A stretch of DNA of 64,000 nucleotides from contig CAWJIM010000024.1 of the NCBI GenBank assembly GCA_963842945.1, positions 128,001 to 192,000 of the forward strand, given 5' to 3'. The position numbers and the translations under genes are program-made. The notes below the pieces were generated by a model. It was not told the origin of the DNA. It saw only the letters and a program-made list of their open reading frames with translations, and made no database searches. Below, in pieces: positions 55,853 to 64,000 of the stretch. The stretch is from an uncultured Gemmatimonadales bacterium. GTDB taxonomy: Bacteria; Gemmatimonadota; Gemmatimonadetes; Gemmatimonadales; GWC2-71-9. Position 1 is the stretch's first letter. The number at the start of each line of letters is the position of its first letter.

Positions 55853-57255
55853 TGCAGCTCCGCCGTCGACACGCCTCCGGCGACGGGTTCCTTGCTCAGC
55901 ATCGTGTTCAGGCGATCGGCCGCTCTGATTCCCGAGCCGATCGCATCGTTGAGGGAGACACCGTCGCGATAGGTGCCGGCCAAAGCGAGCCCGGGATTGT
56001 TCTGCTCTACCTGGTCTGCGATGTCCTTGAACCGGCCATAGCCGAGGACGTACTGCGGAATGGCCTTGGGCCAGATTTGCACCGCTCGGTATGACGGCTC
56101 GCCCCGAGTGCCTAGAAGCATCCTGAGATCGTCGAGCACCCTGGCGGTGAGAGTCTGGGGATCGGCTTCGACGAAATCGGGATCGCGGGTGCCTCCGGCA
56201 AACACCGTCAGCAACACATGCCCTTCGGGTGCACGCTCCGGGAAAATCGTCGAGGAGAAGATGGCGCCGAGGATGCGGCGGCGCTCGGCCTCGGGCACCA
56301 GGAAGCCAAAGCCATCCAGCGCATGAGTCACCTGCTCGCGGGGGAAGCCCAGCGCCAGCACGGCGAGTGGCGGATGGACGATACTGGAAAGCGTTGACAG
56401 GCGCTCTCCACCGGTGAGATCCAGGTCAATGTCGTCCAGACCATGCGACGGCGCGGCATAGACCACCGCGTCATATGTCTCCGGGCCCTGGTACGCCGCC
56501 CCGACCGTCCATCCCCTGGGTCCACTGCGCAGCTGGGTAACCGGCGCCCGCAGTCGCAGCTCGGACTTGAGCTCGCGGGCAAGGGCGTCGACGATCTCCT
56601 GCAGCCCGCCACGGAAGGAGATCAAGGGGGCCGCGCCGGGTGCAGCGGCGCCGGGAGTCCGGTCGGCCTTGGCCGCCTTGAGAAACGCTTTCATGACTGA
56701 GCCGTGCGTTTGCTCCAGCGTATGGAGCTGGGGGAGCGCATGGCGGACCGACAGCTGCTCCGGATCGCCGGCGAAAGTCCCGGCGACGAACGGGTTCACG
56801 ATGTAATCCAGAACCTCCTGGTTGAACCGGCGGCGCACGAACGCGGCGACGCTCTCATCCAGTGGGGAGTCGCCTCGCTCGATCAGCGGCTCGCCAAATA
56901 CTGCGAGCTTGGCCGTGTTGGAAAGGAGCCGGGAGGTGAGCAGCTCGGCGGGCGTAAGCGGCAGGCGGACCAGCTTGCCCCGGCGAACGATGTACCGGTT
57001 GCGCGCCTCGGGAGAGGGAGAGATCCGCGAGGGATCCAGTCCCAGCTCGCGCAGCATTTCACCGACCGGAGGCGTGGGTGCGGACATCGAGTTGGGCCCC
57101 AGCTCCGCCAGGTAGCCGGCGCGGCGTTCAGTCAGCACCACTCCGCCGGCGCGATCGGCCGCCTCGTACACGACGACGCGATATCCCCGCTGCTTGAGGC
57201 TGTAGGCGGCGGCCAGGCCGGTGAGCCCGGCGCCGACGATCGCTATCGCTGCCAT
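55849..57255 (-). CDS. hemG: FAD-dependent protoporphyrinogen oxidase (HemY type)
   Basis: [26 protein letters not shown] and AIPQY motifs. Confidence 0.9.
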   Translation of the reverse strand: MAAIAIVGAGLTGLAAAYSLKQRGYRVVVYEAADRAGGVVLTERRAGYLAELGPNSMSAPTPPVGEMLRELGLDPSRISPSPEARNRYIVRRGKLVRLPLTPAELLTSRLLSNTAKLAVFGEPLIERGDSPLDESVAAFVRRRFNQEVLDYIVNPFVAGTFAGDPEQLSVRHALPQLHTLEQTHGSVMKAFLKAAKADRTPGAAAPGAAPLISFRGGLQEIVDALARELKSELRLRAPVTQLRSGPRGWTVGAAYQGPETYDAVVYAAPSHGLDDIDLDLTGGERLSTLSSIVHPPLAVLALGFPREQVTHALDGFGFLVPEAERRRILGAIFSSTIFPERAPEGHVLLTVFAGGTRDPDFVEADPQTLTARVLDDLRMLLGTRGEPSYRAVQIWPKAIPQYVLGYGRFKDIADQVEQNNPGLALAGTYRDGVSLNDAIGSGIRAADRLNTMLSKEPVAGGVSTAELH

Positions 57256-58549
57256 GCTGTGCTGAGCGCGGAGTCGAGCAGCTCCAGCTCCCGGTCGCCA
57301 TGAACCACGGAGGTAAACGACGCCTCGAAGGCCGAGGGCGGCAGATAGATCCCGGCCTCGAGCATGGCGTGGAAGAATCGGCTGTACGCCTCGCGGTCGG
57401 TCTGCTTCACCTCGGCGAAGGTCCGCACCGGAGTAGGGCTGAAGAAAGGAGTGAACATGGTGCCGACTCGCTGGACGGTGATCGGAACCCCGGCCCGCTC
57501 GGCAGCGGCCGCGATCAGCGTCGCCGCCCGCTGAGCCCAGTCGGCGGCGCGCTGCCACAGCCCCGGCTGCCGCAGCTCCTCGAGCGTGGCCAGTCCCGCG
57601 GCCATCGCGACGGGATTGCCGGAGAGCGTCCCGGCCTGATACACCGGACCTGCCGGCGCGATCAGCTCCATCAGATCGCGCGCTTCCACCGTAGGCGGCA
57701 GCAGGAAGCCCGCCGCCGATCACCTTGCCGAGACAAGTGAGGTCGGGAGTGACACCATAGAGCACCTGAGCGCCCTGAGGATGGACCCGCCATCCAGTCA
57801 TCACTTCGTCAAAGACCAGCAGCGCATGGTACCGGTGGGTGATGTTCCTCAGACCCTGGAGAAAACCGGCCACCGGCGGCACCACCCCCATGTTCCCGGC
57901 CACCGGCTCCACCAGAACCGCAGCGATCTCATCGCCTCGCACGGAGAAGAGGGTCTCGACCGCGGCCAGATCGTTGTAGGCAACCACCAGCGTATCCGCC
58001 ACCGTTGCCGGCGTCACTCCAGGTGAGTCGGGCAGCCCCAGCGTGGCCACGCCGGAGCCCGCCGCAGCGAGTAGCGCGTCGGCATGGCCGTGATAGCAGC
58101 CGTCGAACTTCAGGATTACCCGCCGACCGGTAGCGGCTCGCGCCAGCCGGACGACGCTCATGACCGCCTCGGTGCCGGAGCTCACGAAGCGGACCATGTC
58201 GAGCCCGGGAAAGCTGGAGACCACCCGTTCGGCGAGTTGAACTTCGAGCTCGGTGGGAGTGCCGAAGGTGGTACCGTGGCGAGCTGTCTCGATCAGCGCG
58301 GCGAGCACTTTGGGATGAGCGTGACCCAGGATCAGTGGTCCCCAGGAGAGGACCAGGTCCACGTATTGGTTCCCGTCAGCATCGATCAGGCAGGGGCCCT
58401 CACCCCGGACCATGAATCGCGGAATGCCGCCCACGCCCTTGAAGGCCCGAACCGGGCTGTTGACTCCTCCGGGGAGCACGCGCTGCGCCGCCGCGAACAA
58501 CCGTTCCGACGCGGCGGTTGCCGCCCGGAGCAATCCGGAGATCGGTCAT
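57243..58549 (-). CDS. hemL: Glutamate-1-semialdehyde 2,1-aminomutase; frameshifts
   Basis: [28 protein letters not shown] and [10 protein letters not shown] motifs. Confidence 0.94.
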
Positions 58550-59538
58550 GCGGCTCCCCCGGACCTGAGCCATACGGCGGCGTCCTTGGCGTGATAGGAG
58601 ATGATCGCGTCCGCCCCCGCGCGACGCATCCCGGTCAATGCCTCCAGCACCACCCGGCACTCGTCGATCCAGCCGTGACGTGCGGCAGCCTTCACCATCG
58701 CATACTCGCCGCTGACGTTGTAAGCCAGCAGCGGTAACTGGGTTCGCTCCCGGACGGCCCGAACCACGTCGAGATATGCCAGAGCAGGCTTGACCATCAG
58801 GAGGTCGGCGCCTTCGGCCTCGTCCAGGGCGGCCTCCAGCAGCGCCTCCCGGAGATTGGCTGGATCCATCTGATACTGGCGCCGGTCGCCGAAGGCAGGA
58901 GCGCTGTCGGCCGCTTCGCGAAAAGGCCCGTAGAACGCGCTGGCGTATTTCACCGCATAGCTCAGAATGGCCGTCTCCTGATGGCCCGCAGCATCCAGGG
59001 ACGAGCGGATGGCGGCAACCATGCCGTCCATCATTCCACTTGGAGCCACGATGTCAGCGCCGGCCCGGGCATGACTGACCCCGACCCGGCCCAGGATCTC
59101 CAGCGTGGCGTCGTTGTCCACCGATCCGCGCTGAATGACACCGCAGTGCCCGTGACTGGTGTACTCGCAGCAGCATACATCGGTGATCAGGAGCAGGTCC
59201 GGGTGGCGTTCCCGAATGCGACGCAGCGCCCGCTGCACGATCCCGTCATCGGAGAAGTTCTCGCTGCCGATCTCATCTTTCGTGGCGGGGAGGCCGAAGA
59301 GAATCAGCGCCTCGATGCCGCGGCTCCGGATATCATCGATTTCCCGGTCCAGCTTCTCGTCGGCCGAGAGGTGAAACACGCCGGGCATGGAGCCGATCTC
59401 GCGCTCCACCCGGCTGCCATGAACCACGAACAGGGGCTGAATGAGGTCGGCAGGGGAAAGCTCGTGCTCGCGCACGAGGCGGCGCATGGCCGGCGTGAGC
59501 CGGCGGCGGCGGGGCCGACGCAGAGGGGGAAGGGGCAC
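58546..59538 (-). CDS. hemB: Porphobilinogen synthase (Zn-binding type)
   Basis: [24 protein letters not shown] and [10 protein letters not shown] motifs. Confidence 0.96.
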   Translation of the reverse strand: MPLPPLRRPRRRRLTPAMRRLVREHELSPADLIQPLFVVHGSRVEREIGSMPGVFHLSADEKLDREIDDIRSRGIEALILFGLPATKDEIGSENFSDDGIVQRALRRIRERHPDLLLITDVCCCEYTSHGHCGVIQRGSVDNDATLEILGRVGVSHARAGADIVAPSGMMDGMVAAIRSSLDAAGHQETAILSYAVKYASAFYGPFREAADSAPAFGDRRQYQMDPANLREALLEAALDEAEGADLLMVKPALAYLDVVRAVRERTQLPLLAYNVSGEYAMVKAAARHGWIDECRVVLEALTGMRRAGADAIISYHAKDAAVWLRSGGAA

Positions 59539-59895
59539 AAGGGAAGACTAGAGAGCGGAAAGCCGCCTCGCAACCAGCGCGGCGTGCAATTGGTGGATCC
59601 TGGCACGTGCTTTGCCTTCTTTTGCCCCTGAACCTGTTTTCCTGCTTTCACGTTCTTATTGAGGAGGCCTTACACTGGGAAAGAGGTTGGCCACGCACCC
59701 GGCTGCATAGCGGATTCCGACCAAGCTGAACGGGTTAGCACCTCCCGGGCGTAGTGTTCCTGGTCACTGTCCAGGTATCGCCGGAAATCACGGCCAAACG
59801 CATTCTTTCCCCGCATCTTGAAGTGGGTCACGGTGGGTGCCGACCCCCAGCCGGCTGTCATGCCGCGCCGCCCGCCAGCGCCAGGAGCGCACGGT

Positions 59896-61335
59896 ATGCA
59901 GCTATTCCCCTCAGCGGGTTTCTCTGCTCTAACATTGACGCTGGTTTTGAGCGCCTGCGGCGGAAGTCCGCCCCCGCTCCGTGAAGCCCCGGCGCCCGAT
60001 CCCACGGTCGCCATTGTCCGGGCAACCCTGTGGGACGGCACCGGACGCGGCCCAGTCAGCAATGCGGTCACGCTGATCCGCGGCGATCGAATCCTCTGCG
60101 CCGGCTCGGCCGGAGAGTGCCCCGTTCCCCGTCGCGCGCGGATCATCGACGCCCACGGCCAGTGGCTCATCCCCGGCCTGATCGACAGTCACGTCCACCT
60201 GCTTGTTCCTCACGGCCGGCAGCGCCACTGAAGAGCTCTCGCTCGACTTGCGGGACCTTCTGGCCCAGGGCGTCACCACCGTCCGGGACATGGGCACCAA
60301 TCCGGCCGAGCTGCTGGCTCGGGTCACGGACCCTGGATGCTACGCCCCGGGTCTACGCCATGCAGCTGGTGGCGGGTCGGCGGTTCTTCTTCAACGGGTT
60401 CCAGGGTGCTCGAACCGCCCGGGGAGTAGTGTTCCGGCAGCCACCCGCCATGACGATGCAGTCGCTGGGCTGGACGCCCATCATGTACAATCGCACAGAC
60501 GATCCGGATTCTATCGTTGCGGTAGCCCGTGAAGCCGGAGCCATGGGGCTCAAGCTGTACGCCCAGCTGGACCGCGAGTCGGTCACCAAGCTGGTGGCTG
60601 CGGCCCACCGTGCCGGCATGCCGGTGTGGGGGCACGCCTGGGTGCAGCCGACCAGCGCGCTGGAGCAGGCGCTCGCGGGCCAGGACGGAGTGGTGCACGC
60701 GGCCGGCTTTGCCGGTGAGCTGTTTACCGCCGAGGAGCGGGATACTCTGGTCAACGACGGGACGCTACAGGTAGCTACGGCGGAAGTCGCCACCGTGGGC
60801 GCGGTTCACGATCCGCGGATCACCGATGCGCTGGACTCCATGGCTCGGCTCGGCACCTTCTTCGAGCCCACTCTGGACGCCACCAAGCACAGCGTGGCGT
60901 ACTTCAACGCCAAGCGCCGGCACATTCCCTTCGGAGCAGGAGGAATACGTCCGGGCGGCCTCCGGCTTCGGGATGGAGGTCACTCGTGAAGCGGTGCGCC
61001 GCGGGGTCCGGATCAGCGCCGGCAGTGATCACGTCGCCTACGGCCCATCCAACGAGCGGGCGTCGTTGTTCGGAGAGCTGCGCCTGCTGGTGGATTCCAT
61101 ATCCCTGACGCCCACCGCGGCCCTGCTTGCGGCCACCCGCGACGCGGCCCGCGCTATCGGCGGTGAAGCCGCCCAGCGGCTCGGCACCATCGAGGCCGGG
61201 CATTACGCCGATCTGGTGCTCCTCAGCAAGAATCCTTTGGCGGACATCGACAATCTGGATTCGGTCGAATGGATCATGAAGAGCGGACGGATCTGGCGCC
61301 CCGGTCAGCTCAGGAGTGGTATTGCGATGAACTAG
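59896..61335 (+). CDS. Amidohydrolase-family lipoprotein; several frameshifts
   Basis: PGLIDSHVH, GVTTVRDMG, AGSD and GTIEAGHYADLVLL motifs. Confidence 0.85.
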
Positions 61336-61349
61336 ACGCAGCGGGGTTG

Positions 61350-62255
61350 CTACTGCCCCGCTGCCACTCTGCCCCGCTGCCCCACTTCAACCGGCAGCTC
61401 GACCCGCTCGGCCCACTCCGTCCACGATCCGACATAAATGCGTCACTCGCGGATAGCTCAGCAGATTCCGCAGAGTGAAGTGGACGTGGCTGGCTTCGGT
61501 GGTGCTGTTGCAATACACGATGATGTTGCGGTCGGGGGTGATGCCCTGTTTGGCGTAGGCAGCCTTCAGCTCCGCCGGCGACTTCCAGACGTGCCCAAAC
61601 CCTTCCTGCGTCAGATCGTCCTGCCAGTAGTGGTTGATGGCGCCCGGAATGTGGCCTCGCCGCATCTGGGCTCCGGCCTGTCCAGCATATTGATCCGGCG
61701 GCCGCGCATCAACCAGCGTCGCGCTGCGGTCAATGATCGCCCGCCGCACCTCGTCGAGTGAAGCGCGCTCCGGGCGAAATGTGCCGAGAGGAAAGTTTAC
61801 TGCGACGAATCCTCGGGTACTCTCGGGCGAGAGGTCGCTGTTCCAGCTTCCACTTGAAGTACCCGCCGTTGAGCAGATACACCCGAGGATGCCCGAATCC
61901 CGCCAGCAGCCAGGCCACGAAGGTGGCGTCGATGTTCCGGGTCTCTCCTGCGCTATAGATCACGACCGGCCGGTCGAAGCTCAGACCCAGGCGGGAAAAG
62001 AGCTCGCTGTAGGCTCGCGCGCTCAGGAGCTGCATCGGAATTCCGCCGTCACTGGCCCGCAGACTCTCGGGATTGAGATACACCGCGCCCGGGAGGTGGT
62101 CTTTCAGGTAAATGAACACATCGGTTCGAACGTCGACGATGTTCACCGGCCCTTTCTTCAGCCAGGCAGCCAGCTCCTCGGTAGAGACCAGCTGGGGCGC
62201 GGGCGCCGCGCGTCAACAGGGTCGAGATCAGCAGCAGTACCGAAACCCCGCTCAT
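61350..62255 (-). CDS. Tandem-domain rhodanese/sulfurtransferase; frameshifts
   Basis: HLPGAV, LNGG, DARP, GHIPGA, VYCNST and YVGSWTEW motifs. Confidence 0.88.
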
Positions 62256-63200
62256 GGCACTGAATCCAGTCCCATATAGGCTCGCTCCTCTTCCAGATAC
62301 ACCCGAAGCGCGTTGCGGCGACGCCGAGAGTTCAGCGATACAGGGCGGGTCTGGTCGGCCGGAGGAAGGCTCTTGAAGCGCTCGTCCCATCGGAACTCCA
62401 TGCTCCAGGGCCGAGCGCATCTCGGCGCGAAGCCCGGTAATGTACTTTCTGGTCGTGGCCACCAGCTCGGACGGCTGCCGCGGAATCGCTCCGTGGCCGG
62501 GCACGACCACCCGCGGGTGGAGGCTGTCGATCGCAGCCAGTGCCTTGAGCAGCTCACCGGAATTTCCGTCTACCACCATCGTCACCCCATCTTCGATCAG
62601 CAGATCTCCGGCAAAGAGTACCCGCTCCTGAGGGAGCCACACCATGAGATCTCCAGCGGTGTGGGCGGCCCCGGGATGGCTGATGATGAGAGTGCGTTCT
62701 CCCAGCTGGAGCGTATCCACAGCAGTGACCGGACGATCGGGCGTATCGGCGAACTCAAATCCTCGCATGGCGTCGAGGCCGACCACTCGCACCCAATCCG
62801 CGATCAGCGCGTCCTCGCCCGCTTCGGATGCGAGGACCCGGCGATCGGGATGCGCGATGACTTTGGCGCCGAGCCGGCGGAACACGATCGCCCCGAAATG
62901 ATGGTCCGGGTGGTGGTGGGTCAGGACCAGCCAGGTGATGGGTGCCGGGCGTGACTCGCCGGATCGCGTCCACCAGCTGCTGCCCCTGCTGCGGGCTCGC
63001 CAGCGCGTCGATGACGACAACGCCTTCACTGGTGACCACGAAGCCGGCGTTGGGTCTTCCCTCGGAACCGCGGCCGGTATCCCCGATGGCTGCGTACACG
63101 CCGGGAGCAAGTCGCCGAAGCGATCGGCGTGCGGCGGCTCCAGGGAGGCTCGCGGTCCGATCAGCAGTCCGAGCGAGCAGGAGATATTGGCAGGGAACGG
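62252..63200 (-). CDS. MBL-fold metallohydrolase (SoxH-like); frameshifts, start approximate
   Basis: NAGFVV..GVVVID, THHHPDHHFG, AHTAGD, FAGDL and VPGHG motifs. Confidence 0.85.
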
Positions 63201-63206
63201 AAGGCG

Positions 63207-63548
63207 TCAGGCGGCGATGAAGCTGATGTTGACCGACTGTTTGAAGGAGGCGCCTTTGTTGTCGGACCACACCATGGTAAGCGGTGCTTCCTTGTCTGCC
63301 GTCAGGGTAAAGCTCACCACCGGGTCCCGGCTGATGCCGGAGGTCCACTCGAACCGGGCGACTTCCTGGGTGCCGTAGGTGGCCACTACGTCCTTGATGA
63401 AGTACGCCGGGATTGGATCGCCCTCGGCGGTTCGGAAGAAACCGGTGTCCATCGGATGGGAAACGATCGCATTGACGGTGATCAGATCGCCCCGTCTGAT
63501 CTGATCGGGAACCCGGATCCTGGCTTCGCCGATATCATTGATCATCAT
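63207..63548 (-). CDS. soxZ: Sulfur carrier subunit SoxZ
   Basis: SHPMDTG, IPAYFI, GISRDP and WSDNKG motifs. Confidence 0.88.
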   Translation of the reverse strand: MMINDIGEARIRVPDQIRRGDLITVNAIVSHPMDTGFFRTAEGDPIPAYFIKDVVATYGTQEVARFEWTSGISRDPVVSFTLTADKEAPLTMVWSDNKGASFKQSVNISFIAA

Positions 63549-64000
63549 CCACATCCGTTAAGAGTGACGAGCACCCGGGCGTACCCGGCCCAAACCTCAC
63601 CGTTACTGGTCTCCAGGATGGCACGCACCCAGGTGGTGCGCTTCATCTTGATGCGGGTAGAGATAGACACCGAGCCAATGGCCGGTGTCAGATGAAACGC
63701 GGCGAGATGCGGGTCGGGGTTGTGATCCACGATGAGGTGGACGCCTTTCACGTACCGATCATCGCTCATCGGCAGGTCGCTCTCGATGATGACCGGAACG
63801 ACCCGGCCATCCTCGGCCACGACAGGCATGTCCAACTGCACGTGTCCCCGGCGGATGGGACGATCCCCGAATAACTGCTTCAGGATACGGGCGACTTCCT
63901 GATTGGGTACTTCGGGGTCTTCGGGCCCGAGATCGAGCCCGGTTGCGGCCAGTAGCCGTTCGGTGCGCGAGGTCAGCAGGCCCGTAAGGGCCAACGCGCA
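63545..64000 (-). CDS. soxY: Sulfur carrier subunit SoxY; 5' end outside the window
   Basis: AEDGRVVPV, VDHNPDP, STRIKM and C-terminal VTLNGCG. Confidence 0.88.
   Translation of the reverse strand, partial: CALALTGLLTSRTERLLAATGLDLGPEDPEVPNQEVARILKQLFGDRPIRRGHVQLDMPVVAEDGRVVPVIIESDLPMSDDRYVKGVHLIVDHNPDPHLAAFHLTPAIGSVSISTRIKMKRTTWVRAILETSNGEVWAGYARVLVTLNGCG

Noticed and set aside
55849..58533. 894-aa HemL-HemG fusion in the ORF track
   Set aside because: The HemL C-terminus is present in another frame (57243..57689), so this is an indel artefact.
59560..59890. Possible riboswitch or ncRNA upstream of hemB
   Set aside because: There is some pairing potential, but I could not match SAM, cobalamin or 6S consensus by eye; an Rfam search is needed.

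Overview
GC-rich bacterial chromosome segment. Gene content and style suggest Gemmatimonadota, which is inference only. Many genes carry 1-nt indels that look like long-read errors, so several ORF-track splits and fusions are artefacts. In order, the window holds: hppA, an inositol-phosphate/CDP-alcohol transferase operon, a peptidoglycan-sugar salvage cluster (NamZ, NagZ, AmiE-like hydrolase, two SSS symporters, BadF-type kinase), a TonB-ExbB-ExbD-ExbD locus, a GxxExxY gene, two-component genes, SOD, an orphan mreB, mtnBDC, a decayed ~6.5 kb island at tRNA-Ala(TGC), an RND efflux system, dps, a pseudo-receiver/KaiC-like/hybrid kinase module, a hemBLGCDEF cluster, an amidohydrolase, and a SoxY-SoxZ-MBL-rhodanese operon. 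The best candidate for an undescribed system is a family of palindromic elements whose arms are tandem 7-, 8- or 9-mers. One copy encloses a GxxExxY putative nuclease gene between 31-bp inverted repeats. Five gene-less copies (one asymmetric and weak) sit at stop codons or inside a coding sequence. A second unrelated repeat family, an in-frame-deleted mini-peroxiredoxin and an unannotated histone-H1-like protein were also found.
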